A stretch of DNA of 57,078 nt from Thermodesulfovibrionales bacterium (GCA_026417875.1 JAOACK010000007.1:1-57078), one strand, 5' to 3'; positions 19,746-30,311 are shown, counted from the stretch's first letter. Notes: generated by a model not told the origin, from the letters alone. Numbers and translations are program-made.

Positions 19746-20597
19746 ATGTATGAAGAATTTTATGGTTTCAACAAAAAACCCTTTTCAAAGACACCTGATC
19801 CCGAATTTCTTTATCTGAGCCGGACTCATGAAGAGGCCCTTGCAAGACTCCATTATGCAGTGGAGGAAAAGGAGATAGTGCTCCTTACAGGGGAGGTTGG
19901 TTCTGGAAAGACAACCATCACAAGGGCTCTTATGGATAATCTTGATGAATCAAAATACAAAGTGGTTCTTATCCTTAATCCAAGACTATCACCCCTTCAG
20001 TTTTTAAAGATAATATTAAAAAGATTTGAGGCAGAGCCCGTTCCCTCAAATCGTCAGGAACTTACAGAGCTCATATACGAAAGACTCTATCATTTTTATA
20101 ATTCAGGTATTGTTCCTGTAATTATAATAGATGAGGCACAGCTTCTTAGTGATAGGCGGGTCTATGAGGAGATGAGGCTACTCAGTAATTTTCAGCTTGA
20201 CAAAGAAAACCTCCTTTCACTCATACTTGTTGCTCAACCCGATATAAAGAAAAGGATCAGGAATAAGCTATATCTGCCGCTGAGACAGAGAATAGGTCTT
20301 TATTACCACATAGGACCATTAACAGAAGAAGAGGTAAAGGAATATATAAATTTCAGACTCCTGAAAGCCGGAAGAAGGGAGCCTCTCTTTACAGATGAGG
20401 CCATAAAAAGGATTTATCTTTACTCAGGTGGGATACCGAGGGTTATAAACAATATTGCAAATGCCTCCTTAATTGAGGGAATGGGAAGGGAGGCATTCAT
20501 GATTGACCATGAGATAGTCGAGGCGGCTGCAAGAGAGCTTGAACTCATAGAAACTAATTCTGAAAGATTAGTAAAACATGCATTAAGGGAAAGATAA
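19746..20597 (+). CDS. ExeA/GspA-like AAA ATPase
   Basis: FYGFNKKPFSKTPDPEFLYLSRTHEEALARL followed by the Walker A GEVGSGKTT and the Walker B IIIDEAQ. This architecture is typical of COG3267-type ExeA ATPases. Confidence 0.75.
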   Translation: MYEEFYGFNKKPFSKTPDPEFLYLSRTHEEALARLHYAVEEKEIVLLTGEVGSGKTTITRALMDNLDESKYKVVLILNPRLSPLQFLKIILKRFEAEPVPSNRQELTELIYERLYHFYNSGIVPVIIIDEAQLLSDRRVYEEMRLLSNFQLDKENLLSLILVAQPDIKKRIRNKLYLPLRQRIGLYYHIGPLTEEEVKEYINFRLLKAGRREPLFTDEAIKRIYLYSGGIPRVINNIANASLIEGMGREAFMIDHEIVEAAARELELIETNSERLVKHALRER

Positions 20598-20598
20598 A

Positions 20599-21354
20599 AT
20601 GGATATTGCAAAGATTAGAAAGAAATTAAAGGGTTTATCGGACGAACAAAAGGCTAAGGGTCAGGAACAGAAAGATTTACCGCAAGGAGAACTTTCATCA
20701 GGAGCTCAAAAGGAAGATATTTCATTTCAAAGACATGAGGTATCTCAGGCTGAAGAGAGAGAAAGGGCTGAACAGATACAAGAGACATCAATAGAAATGA
20801 CAGTAGCTCCTGAGACCCGACCATCGGAATTAAGAGCTATAACACAAAAAACTCCTGATACTATTGAGTCTCCGGTCATGCCTGAAGAAGAGGTGCAGTC
20901 TTGGGAGGCCGAACCTGTTAATCTCCTCGTTTTTAAACTTGCAGGTGAGGAGTATGCCTTTATGCTTGAGGATGTAAAGGAGATTCTAAAGAAGCAGTTT
21001 ATTACCCCTGTCCCTCTTGCACCCTATTCAGTTATAGGAATAACCTCATTAAGGGGTACAGTAATCCCTGTGATTGATCTGTCAATGAAACTTCTGGGAA
21101 TACATTCAAGAAGAGAGAAGACAAGCCGAATACTTATTATGGAAGGAAAAGAAGGAACAGTGGGCTGTCTGGTAGATGCGATTGAAGGAGTCCTGAGGTC
21201 AAGGGATGACCAGAAGAAGGCTCTTCCCGAGAATATGACTGACAAGGAAAGGGCATTCATCGATGCTATCTTTGTTATTGATCATAGATTCATTACCCTT
21301 TTGAGGAAAGATGTCATAGAGATACCACTGATAGAAGCCAGGAGGCAAGGATGA
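20599..21354 (+). CDS. cheW: CheW-domain protein with a ~105-aa acidic, low-complexity N-terminal extension
   Basis: The C-terminal 145 aa ([13 protein letters not shown]...[14 protein letters not shown]) is CheW-like. The N-terminus is E/Q/K-rich. Confidence 0.85.
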   Translation: MDIAKIRKKLKGLSDEQKAKGQEQKDLPQGELSSGAQKEDISFQRHEVSQAEERERAEQIQETSIEMTVAPETRPSELRAITQKTPDTIESPVMPEEEVQSWEAEPVNLLVFKLAGEEYAFMLEDVKEILKKQFITPVPLAPYSVIGITSLRGTVIPVIDLSMKLLGIHSRREKTSRILIMEGKEGTVGCLVDAIEGVLRSRDDQKKALPENMTDKERAFIDAIFVIDHRFITLLRKDVIEIPLIEARRQG

Positions 21355-24203
21355 TAAAAAGAAGACTGGGCTATAAAATTATCCTCCCTGGAGTCATTAT
21401 AACATTGATAGGTGTGGGGCTTTTCTCTCTCCTTATTTATTATTATATGAGTAAAAATATCTACAGTACATCAATGGAGAAGATCTCCACCACAGCCGAG
21501 CTCATAAAGAAAAACATAGAAAGAACAATGCTTGAAGGTAAGGGCGAGATTACATCAAGAATGATTGAGGATATGAAATCTCTAAAAGGAATTGAACAAA
21601 TAGAGGTATTCAATCATGAGGGAAGAGAGGCTTTTCGTAGAGGTAGCCTTCCTGTTGAATATGAAGTGGTCAAGAAACTTGAGCCAAATAAGCTTCTCAC
21701 TATGCAATTGAAGGACCGGATCATAACCTATGCACCCCTTGAGAATTTTCCCTCATGCCGGGCCTGCCATCCCGGAGAATTGAAGATACTGGGCGCTGTA
21801 AAGGTATCCCATTTGACATCAGGTGAAACTGCAAGATTAAAAAGATTTTTAATATTATTGTTAATTATAGGTTCAATTTCTACCTTTTCCCTTGCCACTG
21901 TTTTTTATCTCATTCTTTCAAGGGCTGTTCTGAGACCTATAAGACTTATTAAAAAGGCATCAGAGGAGATGGCACAGGGAAGGTTGACCTATGAAGTAGA
22001 TATAAAAGGAGAGGATGAGATTGCCAGGTTAAGTCATTCTGTTAAAGAGGCGCTGAGAGCAATAAGTGTAATCTTGCTAAGGGTAAAGGAGGTTTCACGA
22101 AGGGTATCAAAGGTTGCAACAATGGTGGAGAAGGACTCAAAGAGGACCGTTGAAGGAACGCAGCTTGAGTCAGAGGCTATGCAGAATATCTCATCTTCTG
22201 TTGAAGAACTTAACTCAGCAATCTCAGAGATTGCAGAGGGTACTGATGGTCTTGCTGCCTCTACAGAGGAGACAGCGGCATCCATGGAGCAGATATCCAC
22301 AAATATTAATCAGATAACAGAGGGAATGCACGAGTTATCACAGGCTGTTGAAGGAGCAGCCTCATCCCTTGAAGAACTTCTTGCTACAGTGAGGGAGATA
22401 GCGAGAAGCTCGGATGAGATGCTCAGGGCATCTGAGGACACAATGAGCACTGTCTCTGAGATATCTGCCTTCATAAAAGAGGTTGAATCCAGCACAAAGG
22501 AGTCAGCCCGGATCTCTGAACAGGTTGCTCAGGATGCCTCTACACTCGGTGTTTCTGCAATTGAAAAGACCATTGAAGGAATGGGTGTTATAAAATCCTC
22601 TGTTGAGAAGACAGCAGAGCATATAAACAGGCTTTCAACAAGGTCTGAGGATATAGGGAAGATACTTAATGTAATTGATGAGATTACCGAGCAGACCGCC
22701 CTCCTTGCACTCAATGCAGCGATCCTTGCAGCACAGGCAGGAGAGCATGGTAAGGGCTTTTCGGTTGTTGCTGACGAGATAAGGGATCTTGCCGAAAGAA
22801 CCTCGTTCTCAACCCAGGAGATAGCTTCAATCGTAAATTCAGTAATTACAGAGATGAAGGATGCATACCGTGCAATGAGTGAGGGACTTGAGAGCGTTAA
22901 TGAGGGCATAAAGCTTGCTGTTGATGCAAGGGAGACTTTTGAAAATATCCTTGAAAGCTCAAAGAAGTCTTCCGATATGGCTGCCTCCATAGAAAGGGCA
23001 ACCTCTGAACAGACAAAGGCAATCAGACTTGTTGAGAATGCAATGGAGAGGGTTAGGTCAATGGCAGAGCAGATTGCTAAGGCGACCTCTGAACAGACAA
23101 AGGGAGCAATGATAATTATGAAATCAATAGAAAATATAAAAGACATATCCTTCAGGGTTACCAAGGCAACAGAGGAACAGTCTCAGAGCATGGAACAGAT
23201 ATCAAAGGCGGTAGAACTCATATCAGAAAAAAGTCAGCAGATATCAAAGGCTATAAATGAACAAAAGATTGGTTCAAGCCAGATAAGGAATTCTATACTC
23301 GGCATAAAAAATCTTCCCGAGGAAAACAGGTCTATTGCTCTCAGGATAGAGAGGACAGTAAAGGATCTGCTTAATGACACAGAATTAATATCAACAGAGC
23401 TTGAGAGATTTACACTAATGGATCTTTCTAAAGACATAGTATGGTTTGGTGTCGTTCCTCTTGAAGCACCCTCAGAGATGTACAGGAGATTTACAGGGCT
23501 TGCCAAGTATCTTGGTGGAGTGCTCGGTCAGTCTGTTGAACTCAGGGTGCCGGTGGATTTTGAGGCAGCAGTTCAGGAAATCGGAGAGGGCAAGGTTCTT
23601 ATTGGATTTATGACACCCTCTACATATATAGAGGCACGTGAGAGATATGATGTCAGTGTAGTGGCAAAAGCGGTCAGGGATGGAAAACCCTTCTACCATT
23701 CAGTGATTATAACAAGGGCTGACAGTGGCATAAAGAGCCTTAAAGACCTGAGGGGTCGGTCCTTTGCCTTCGGAAGCCCTTATTCAACGTCAAGTCACAT
23801 AGTGCCACGGTCAATGCTCAAGAATGCAGGTATAGAACTTAAAGATCTTTCAGAATACGTTTATCTGGGGCATCATGATGACGTAGCAAGGGCTGTTCTT
23901 AAAGGAGAATTTGATGCAGGCAGTGTTCTTGAGTCTACTGCCCAGAAATTCAGAAGCCAGGGACTTATAGTTATAGCTGTTTCTGATGATATACCTGAAT
24001 TTAATATATGCATTCATAATTCACTGTATCCAAAAAAAGAGCTGCTCAGGAATGCTCTCCTTAAGCTTAATGAAACAGGCGATGGAAGGGAAATCCTAAG
24101 GCAGATAGATCCATCCTATACAGGCTTTACAGAGGCAGATGATTCAGATTATCAGGGAATAAAGATAATGATGAAAGACCTTGGTTTGTTGAGGCAGGTA
24201 TGA
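21351..24203 (+). CDS. methyl-accepting chemotaxis protein: 2 TM, periplasmic domain with CxxCH, HAMP, MCP signalling domain, C-terminal PhnD-like substrate-binding domain
   Basis: The signalling hairpin is [40 protein letters not shown] helices lie at about aa 10-32 and 165-189, and SCRACH at aa 135-140. The C-terminal ~250 aa (FGVVPLEAP...[10 protein letters not shown]...[15 protein letters not shown]) resembles phosphonate-type periplasmic binding proteins. Confidence 0.9.
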   Translation: MIKRRLGYKIILPGVIITLIGVGLFSLLIYYYMSKNIYSTSMEKISTTAELIKKNIERTMLEGKGEITSRMIEDMKSLKGIEQIEVFNHEGREAFRRGSLPVEYEVVKKLEPNKLLTMQLKDRIITYAPLENFPSCRACHPGELKILGAVKVSHLTSGETARLKRFLILLLIIGSISTFSLATVFYLILSRAVLRPIRLIKKASEEMAQGRLTYEVDIKGEDEIARLSHSVKEALRAISVILLRVKEVSRRVSKVATMVEKDSKRTVEGTQLESEAMQNISSSVEELNSAISEIAEGTDGLAASTEETAASMEQISTNINQITEGMHELSQAVEGAASSLEELLATVREIARSSDEMLRASEDTMSTVSEISAFIKEVESSTKESARISEQVAQDASTLGVSAIEKTIEGMGVIKSSVEKTAEHINRLSTRSEDIGKILNVIDEITEQTALLALNAAILAAQAGEHGKGFSVVADEIRDLAERTSFSTQEIASIVNSVITEMKDAYRAMSEGLESVNEGIKLAVDARETFENILESSKKSSDMAASIERATSEQTKAIRLVENAMERVRSMAEQIAKATSEQTKGAMIIMKSIENIKDISFRVTKATEEQSQSMEQISKAVELISEKSQQISKAINEQKIGSSQIRNSILGIKNLPEENRSIALRIERTVKDLLNDTELISTELERFTLMDLSKDIVWFGVVPLEAPSEMYRRFTGLAKYLGGVLGQSVELRVPVDFEAAVQEIGEGKVLIGFMTPSTYIEARERYDVSVVAKAVRDGKPFYHSVIITRADSGIKSLKDLRGRSFAFGSPYSTSSHIVPRSMLKNAGIELKDLSEYVYLGHHDDVARAVLKGEFDAGSVLESTAQKFRSQGLIVIAVSDDIPEFNICIHNSLYPKKELLRNALLKLNETGDGREILRQIDPSYTGFTEADDSDYQGIKIMMKDLGLLRQV

Positions 24204-24676
24204 AATACCTTATATTTACCTTAAAGGATGAGGAATTTGCAATAGAGATACCGAGGATCGTGGAGATCCTGAGACCTCAGAAGGTTTTTGAAATGCCGGA
24301 GCTTCCTGATTTCCTTCAGGGAGTTATAAATGTAAGGGGAATTATTATACCCGTAGTTGATATGAGAAAGAGACTCGGACTTCCTGTTTCTGAGAGGGCA
24401 ATGATTGTTGTTGTTAATTTTGGTCATGACAGGCTGGGTCTTATTGTAGATGAGGTAAAGGAGATAATAGAGATAAATGATAGCGAGATATCCAGTTCAC
24501 CCGAGCTTTTAAAAAATTTCAGGACTGGCTATCTTAAGGCTTTTGCAAAAAAGGGTGACCGTGTTATTATGCTTCTCAACCTTGAAACCCTTTTCACTTC
24601 TGAGGAGGTCTCAAGTATCAATAGAGTTTCAAAAAATATAGAACAGGGAGATTCTGCTTTCAATGAATCAGCTTGA
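24200..24676 (+). CDS. cheW: chemotaxis coupling protein CheW
   Basis: [15 protein letters not shown]...[20 protein letters not shown]. The start overlaps the mcp stop (ATGA). Confidence 0.92.
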   Translation: MKYLIFTLKDEEFAIEIPRIVEILRPQKVFEMPELPDFLQGVINVRGIIIPVVDMRKRLGLPVSERAMIVVVNFGHDRLGLIVDEVKEIIEINDSEISSSPELLKNFRTGYLKAFAKKGDRVIMLLNLETLFTSEEVSSINRVSKNIEQGDSAFNESA

Positions 24677-26633
24677 ACTTGATATAGAAAAAAAGAGGCT
24701 TTCTATAGAATCCCTTAGAAGAAAACCATCCCCGGAGGCAATGGAGTCCCTTATTGAGGCAATGAAGGATGAATCCTGGAGAATAAGGAAGACTGCCCTC
24801 GAGATACTGCTTGAAGATTATCAACCTGAAGAGTATGTGGAAAAACTTATAGGTCTACTATATCTTGGAGATAATGCCGGTGCAAGAAATACAGCTATAG
24901 AGGCTCTCACCAGACTTGGCAAAAAGGTAACGCCCTATCTTATAAGGGCCTTTGATACTGATGATAGAGATGTAAGGAAATTCATCATTGATATTCTTGG
25001 AAGTCTTGATGACAGAAGGGCAATACCACTCATGCTCAAGGCCCTAAGTGATGAGGATGATAATGTAAAGGTTACAGCAGTGGAGCATCTTGGTAGGGTG
25101 AAGGAGTCTTCTGTTACAGACGCCCTTATAGAGATACTCAAGAGTGATGATCTATGGACAGCCTATCCTGCTGCTGACGCGCTCGGAAGGATCGGAGATA
25201 GAAAGGCAATACCCTATCTTGTTGAGGCCCTTTCAAAAAAGACTCTTAGAGTGCCTGTTCTCAAATCCCTTTCCAGGTTTGCAGAACCATCAACACTGCC
25301 CTTTATTGCACCCCTTCTTAATGATCCTTCAAAGACTGTTCAGGAGGAGGCATTAAAGACAATTGTAAAATTTTATCACCGGGGAGTACAGCCAGAGTTC
25401 ATTACAGATTGTTTAAAAAATTTTTTTGATGAAGATACATTAATTGATATATGCCTTAGGTATGCCTGGAGTAATAAGCACGAACTCAGAATTTCTGCAA
25501 TTATGCTTCTGGGGCTTCTCAGGAATGAAAGAGCCCTTCAGCCCCTGCTCGAGATCTCCCAGGAAGAAGAATATGCAGAAGATGTAAAAAAGGCTCTAGT
25601 CTTCATGGCCAGGTCAAAACCCGAATGTCTTCTTCCACTTTTCGATCTTGAGAATGCCTATTACAGGAGATTTATTGCCACCATAGCTGGTGAGGTTGGC
25701 TCAGTAATTTACAGCCAGAAACTTATAGATTATCTTCATGATGAAGACGGTCATGTCAGGGCAATTGCGGCGAAGGCGCTTTCCATGATAGGTGAGCACG
25801 GGGCTGTTCCGTATATTAAAAGACTTTTAGAGGATCCATATGAAGATGTCCAGGAAGCAGCCTGTGAATCCCTTTCTGTATTGAGCGAGGCTGTTGACAT
25901 ACATGAGGTGCGTTCCTGGCTTGGTTCTTCTGACCCCAGGCTAAGAAGAAATGCAACAAGGCTTCTCGGACTTCTAAAAGTGAGTTCTGCTACACAGGAA
26001 ATAGGCTTTGCACTCAAAGACAGCGATCCTTCTGTCAGAAGGGCTGCTGTTGAGGCCTTGAGGAGGATTGGCTCAGAGGAGGCAAAAAGGTATCTCAACA
26101 CAGCACTTACTGATGAGATAAGGGATATAAGGGTTGCTGCTATATACAGTCTCGGTGATATCGGTGGAAAGGATGTTGTCGGGATAATGAGTTCCCTACT
26201 CCATGATAGAGATGACTTTATCAAGGTTGCAGCAATTAAGGTTCTGGGAAAGATTAAAGATCCTGCCTCGCTCAGTGACCTTATGGCAATGCTTAAGGAG
26301 CCAAATGGATTTGTGAGAACATCAGCGATTGAATCACTCAGTGTTTTTAAGATGCCCTCTGTCATGGAAGCAATAATTAATATGCTGGAAGATGAGGACA
26401 GGGAGATAAGGAGAACAGCTATAGAGGCACTTGCAGATTATGAACCGGGTCATGTTAAGATACTTCCATTTTTGAGGAGTGATGATTGGATTTTAAGAAG
26501 TTCTGCTGTAAAGGCCCTGAGGGCAGCAAAAGACCCTGCTATAATAGCTGAGCTTGAGGCCCTTCTTGACAGGGAAGAGGATGAATCAATAAAGAAAATG
26601 CTCATGGAGATACTGGATGTTAAAAGACCCTGA
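24663..26633 (+). CDS. HEAT-repeat (PBS-lyase-type) protein, 656 aa
   Basis: Many tandem ~31-aa repeats of the form D.D..VR..A..ALG.IGD..A...L, for example DDNVKVTAVEHLGRV and DPSVRRAAVEALRRIG. Confidence 0.85.
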   Translation: MNQLELDIEKKRLSIESLRRKPSPEAMESLIEAMKDESWRIRKTALEILLEDYQPEEYVEKLIGLLYLGDNAGARNTAIEALTRLGKKVTPYLIRAFDTDDRDVRKFIIDILGSLDDRRAIPLMLKALSDEDDNVKVTAVEHLGRVKESSVTDALIEILKSDDLWTAYPAADALGRIGDRKAIPYLVEALSKKTLRVPVLKSLSRFAEPSTLPFIAPLLNDPSKTVQEEALKTIVKFYHRGVQPEFITDCLKNFFDEDTLIDICLRYAWSNKHELRISAIMLLGLLRNERALQPLLEISQEEEYAEDVKKALVFMARSKPECLLPLFDLENAYYRRFIATIAGEVGSVIYSQKLIDYLHDEDGHVRAIAAKALSMIGEHGAVPYIKRLLEDPYEDVQEAACESLSVLSEAVDIHEVRSWLGSSDPRLRRNATRLLGLLKVSSATQEIGFALKDSDPSVRRAAVEALRRIGSEEAKRYLNTALTDEIRDIRVAAIYSLGDIGGKDVVGIMSSLLHDRDDFIKVAAIKVLGKIKDPASLSDLMAMLKEPNGFVRTSAIESLSVFKMPSVMEAIINMLEDEDREIRRTAIEALADYEPGHVKILPFLRSDDWILRSSAVKALRAAKDPAIIAELEALLDREEDESIKKMLMEILDVKRP

Positions 26634-27549
26634 ATCCTTTCCGTCCCATCCCAGAAAGGATGACATCTCCGAACTGCTTGAACCGAAGATTATTCCAATG
26701 TCTGATGAGACCTTCCGGCTTCTCAGAGATCTTATAAGAAATTACTGCGGTCTATACTTTGATGATTCTTCAAAATATCTTCTTGAGAGAAGACTTTCAA
26801 GAAGGGTTATGCTTCTCAATCTTAATGATTTCAGGGATTATTACCGATTTCTTCTTTATGATTCAAAAAAGGAAGAGGAGCTTTCAGCCATTATGGATAT
26901 CCTTACAGTAAACGAGACCTATTTTTTCCGAGAGATGAATCTCCTGAAGGCATTCAGTGAAGAGATACTGCCAGAACTCAGAGAAAAGAATACGCGATCA
27001 AAAAAATTGAGGATATGGTCCGGTGGATGTTCCACCGGAGAAGAACCATATACAATAGCGATGCTAATACTTGAGGACGGAAGGTTTTTCGGCTGGGATA
27101 TACAGATAACAGGCAGTGACATAAGTCAACGGGTGCTTCAGGTTGCAAGAAAGGGTGTATACGGAAAGAATTCCTTCAGACAGACAGACAGTTATTATAT
27201 AAAAAAATATTTTAGGGAGGAGGGCGCTGGTCTTTGGAGGATAAAGGATTCAGTGAAGGAACTTGTAACCTTCAGTTATCTTAATCTTCTCGACCCCTTC
27301 AGGACAAGATTAATAGAGACCATGGACGTGATATTCTGCAGGAATGTTCTGATCTATTTTGATATGGAGTCAAGGAAAAAGGTAATAGATATGTTTTATA
27401 ATAAACTCTGTCATGGAGGGTATTTATTGCTGGGGCATGCAGAGTCTCTGCTCAATATTTCCAGTTCTTTTGTCTTGAGGCATCTAAAGAATGATGTGGT
27501 CTATCAGAAGATTTTACCTGGTAATTTAAAACATGGTGAGGTTTTATAG
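26617..27549 (+). CDS. cheR: chemotaxis protein methyltransferase CheR
   Basis: ETYFFRE, the SAM-binding site RIWSGGCSTGEEPYTIAM, and FCRNVLIYFD. The start may instead be the internal Met at 26698. Confidence 0.92.
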   Translation: MLKDPESFPSHPRKDDISELLEPKIIPMSDETFRLLRDLIRNYCGLYFDDSSKYLLERRLSRRVMLLNLNDFRDYYRFLLYDSKKEEELSAIMDILTVNETYFFREMNLLKAFSEEILPELREKNTRSKKLRIWSGGCSTGEEPYTIAMLILEDGRFFGWDIQITGSDISQRVLQVARKGVYGKNSFRQTDSYYIKKYFREEGAGLWRIKDSVKELVTFSYLNLLDPFRTRLIETMDVIFCRNVLIYFDMESRKKVIDMFYNKLCHGGYLLLGHAESLLNISSSFVLRHLKNDVVYQKILPGNLKHGEVL

Positions 27550-27551
27550 AT

Positions 27552-28616
27552 ATGGACAGGATCAGGGTTCTTGTTGTGGATGATTCTGCCTTCAGCAGAC
27601 AGACTATAAAGAAGATGCTTGAATCAGAGGAAGGTATTGAGGTAGTAGGTATTGCTACTGACGGAATCGATGCTATTGCCAAGACATTGAAGCTCAAACC
27701 AGATCTCATAACCCTTGACCTTGAGATGCCAGAGATGGACGGATTTGCTTTTTTAAGATATCTGATGAAGGAAAGACCCACACCTGTTATAGTTGTGAGC
27801 TCCTATTCAGACTCAAAGACAGTGTTTAGGGCACTTGAGACAGGAGCTGTTGATTTTATAGCAAAGCCCACACCCAGGGCCTCTCAGGAATTAAATAATA
27901 TAAAGAATGACCTTATTCAGAAGGTAAGGTCAGTAAGACAGATGAGCCTTGAAAGACTGAAAAGAAATCTAAGCCTTCTCGAAAAGACTCACGGAGAGAG
28001 CGCCTCCATAGACGGATACAAAGGCTCAGAAAGGCAGAGCATAGAGGCTATAGGAATAGCCTCCTCAACAGGTGGTCCCCAGGCGCTTCAGCTCGTTCTG
28101 ACAAAGATTCCCGAGGATTTCCAGCCACCTATACTCATAAGCCAGCACATGCCAAGAGGATTTACAGCCTCCCTGGCTGAGAGACTGAATAAACTTTCAA
28201 GGATTACAGTAAAAGAAGCAGAGCAGGGTGAAACCGTCAGAGAGTCTACCGCCTATATCTGTCCAGGTGGAAGACATATGATTTTAAAGAAAAGAGGAAA
28301 TAATATTATAATAAACCTTGAAGATTCAACAAGGGAAGACAGATATATACCTTCGGCTGACAGGATGTTTTCATCTATTGCTGAGCATTACGGGTCTCAC
28401 AGTATGGGAGTTATCATGACAGGTATGGGAAATGACGGGAAGAAGGGGCTTCTTGAGATCAAGTCAAAAGGTGGTTATACTATAGCTGAATCCGAGGAGA
28501 CAGCAGTGGTATTTGGTATGCCTCAGGAAGCAATAAAGGCAGGAGCTGTAATAAGGGTACTTCCCCTTTATGAGATACCTTATGAGATAATAAGGCTGGC
28601 AGGTAGCAAGAGATAA
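27552..28616 (+). CDS. cheB: chemotaxis response regulator protein-glutamate methylesterase CheB
   Basis: REC domain (VLVVDDSAF, LITLDLEMPEMDG) plus methylesterase domain (IGIASSTGGPQAL, SQHMP, GMGNDG). Confidence 0.95.
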   Translation: MDRIRVLVVDDSAFSRQTIKKMLESEEGIEVVGIATDGIDAIAKTLKLKPDLITLDLEMPEMDGFAFLRYLMKERPTPVIVVSSYSDSKTVFRALETGAVDFIAKPTPRASQELNNIKNDLIQKVRSVRQMSLERLKRNLSLLEKTHGESASIDGYKGSERQSIEAIGIASSTGGPQALQLVLTKIPEDFQPPILISQHMPRGFTASLAERLNKLSRITVKEAEQGETVRESTAYICPGGRHMILKKRGNNIIINLEDSTREDRYIPSADRMFSSIAEHYGSHSMGVIMTGMGNDGKKGLLEIKSKGGYTIAESEETAVVFGMPQEAIKAGAVIRVLPLYEIPYEIIRLAGSKR

Positions 28617-28637
28617 TATTCCCAATAGGAGATAGAT

Positions 28638-29459
28638 ATGGAGAAAGAACCTAATGCAGCAAAAAAGGCAGAAGAATTTATTCAGCTCTTTAAGAAAGGA
28701 GAAGAATTCACGAAAGAGCTCCTTAGGGAAAACGAGAGGCTTCGTTACAGGATAGCCCAGCTTGAAGAAGCCCTTGCGAGGTCGGGTGATGAGGCCAGGA
28801 TAAAGCTCTATGAGGAAAGGATTGCCGCCCTCGAAGATGAGCTTAATTCCCTTAAGGAGCGATATGCCAGAGTTGAGGAGGAGAACAAGGATTTTGCCCA
28901 GAAATATCTTGAAGTGGAGCAGGAGAATAATAATCTGGCAAATCTTTATGTAGCAAGCTATCAGCTCCACTCTACTCTTGATTTCGATGAGGTCCTGAAG
29001 ATTGTTCTTGAGATCATAATCAACCTTATAGGAGCCGAAAAGTTTGCCGTATTTCTCATAAATGAAAAAACCAATGACATTGAACCTGTAGCAGCAGAAG
29101 GTATAAGCCTCTATGAGCTGCCAAGATTCACCTTTGGTGAGGGAATAGTCGGGATGGTGGCAAAGAGCGGAGAAGGCTATTTTGCTCAGGATATGACAGG
29201 ACAGAGGGAATTTAATCCCCATAAACCTATTGTATGCATTCCTCTTAAGATTAAAGAGCATGTGATAGGCATGATAGTAATTTACTCGCTTCTTGTCCAG
29301 AAAAAAGAATTTACCAGTATTGATTATGAGCTCTTTAATCTCCTAGCAGGACATGCTGCTACCGCAATATTTTCTTCAAAGTTATATACTCAGTCAGAAA
29401 GAAAACTCACCACAATTCAGAGTTTCCTTGAACTTTTAAAGGAAAAGCCGAGGAGGTAA
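28638..29459 (+). CDS. coiled-coil plus GAF domain protein
   Basis: The N-terminal ~100 aa has a heptad E/L/R-rich coiled coil. The C-terminus is GAF-like (GEGIVGMVAKSGEGYF...VCIPLKIKEHVIGMIVIY). Confidence 0.75.
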   Translation: MEKEPNAAKKAEEFIQLFKKGEEFTKELLRENERLRYRIAQLEEALARSGDEARIKLYEERIAALEDELNSLKERYARVEEENKDFAQKYLEVEQENNNLANLYVASYQLHSTLDFDEVLKIVLEIIINLIGAEKFAVFLINEKTNDIEPVAAEGISLYELPRFTFGEGIVGMVAKSGEGYFAQDMTGQREFNPHKPIVCIPLKIKEHVIGMIVIYSLLVQKKEFTSIDYELFNLLAGHAATAIFSSKLYTQSERKLTTIQSFLELLKEKPRR

Positions 29460-29462
29460 TTT

Positions 29463-29831
29463 ATGCCCACTATACTGGTGGTTGAAGATTCACCAACTAT
29501 GAGACAGCTTATAAGTTTTGCAATGAAGAGAATTCAGAACTCAAAGGTCATAGAGGCCACAGATGGTGTGGATGCCCTGAAAAAGCTTTCACAGGAGAAG
29601 GTTGACCTAATACTTGCCGATATAAATATGCCTGTTATGGATGGGTTGAAACTTCTTAGCCTTATCAGAAGTAATCCCTCCTACAAAGATATACCTGTCA
29701 TTATGATCACAACAGAGGGTGCAGAGGAAGACAGAAAAAAAGCCCTTTCTATAGGTGCAAATGCCTATCTAACAAAACCGATTCAGACCCAGGAGCTCAT
29801 AAAACTTGTCAATGAATTTATTAATAAATAA
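29463..29831 (+). CDS. cheY: chemotaxis-type response regulator CheY (second copy)
   Basis: ILVVEDSPTMR, LILADINMPVMDGL, TTEGAEED...AYLTKP. Confidence 0.88.
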   Translation: MPTILVVEDSPTMRQLISFAMKRIQNSKVIEATDGVDALKKLSQEKVDLILADINMPVMDGLKLLSLIRSNPSYKDIPVIMITTEGAEEDRKKALSIGANAYLTKPIQTQELIKLVNEFINK

Positions 29832-29906
29832 AAAAATTATTATTAACTATCTGCTCGAGATTCCCCCTGGGGGAAAAGAATAGTATTCTATCTAAGTGGA
29901 GGTTTT

Positions 29907-30305
29907 ATGAGAAGATTGGTATATGTAATGATTGCTTTATTTTTAATTAACGCTGGCCACATTGTTAATGCCCAGATAGAATCAGGCTTTTCTATTGAGA
30001 GAATGGTAGTTGCTACAGGTATAGAGAACAGGGAGCCTGTTGATATCAGGGATACTTTCTCTGCAGCGACAGAAAAGGTCTATTGTTTTATTGAGGCGAG
30101 AAATATCAAAGAAGATACAAACATTACTGTTGTCTGGTCAAACAATGGTAAGGAGGTTTTAAGGACCTCTCTTCCCCTGAAAAAGGGTTCAAGGTGGAGA
30201 ACCTATGCTGAAAAGAGACTGTATGGTATGAGGGGAGAATGGAAGGTTGATATTCTGGATAATGCCGGTAATTTTTTAAAAGCAGTAACATTTAAGGTGG
30301 AATAG
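29907..30305 (+). CDS. secreted DUF2914-like protein
   Basis: It has a signal peptide. The pattern GIENREPV...KVYCF...VVWSNNGKEV...RWRTY..K...GEWKVDI is reminiscent of DUF2914. Confidence 0.5.
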   Translation: MRRLVYVMIALFLINAGHIVNAQIESGFSIERMVVATGIENREPVDIRDTFSAATEKVYCFIEARNIKEDTNITVVWSNNGKEVLRTSLPLKKGSRWRTYAEKRLYGMRGEWKVDILDNAGNFLKAVTFKVE

Positions 30306-30311
30306 CGTAAG

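Noticed and set aside
22529-23164. A 211-aa antisense ORF inside the MCP gene. There are similar ORFs at 25751-26365 inside the HEAT gene, 15519-16112 inside marC, 28464-29261 across cheB and the GAF gene, 11354-11761, 12770-13183 and 41224-41628.
   Set aside because: All are antisense to genes with unmistakable conserved motifs. They have S/L/I-rich low-complexity translations and lack an RBS. They are typical shadow ORFs of long genes.
29861-29875. The palindrome TTCCCCCTGGGGGAA after the second cheY, as a possible intrinsic terminator splitting the che operon.
   Set aside because: The loop is essentially absent (1-3 nt) and no T-tract follows (AAAGAATAG). It may attenuate transcription weakly, but it does not look like a canonical terminator.
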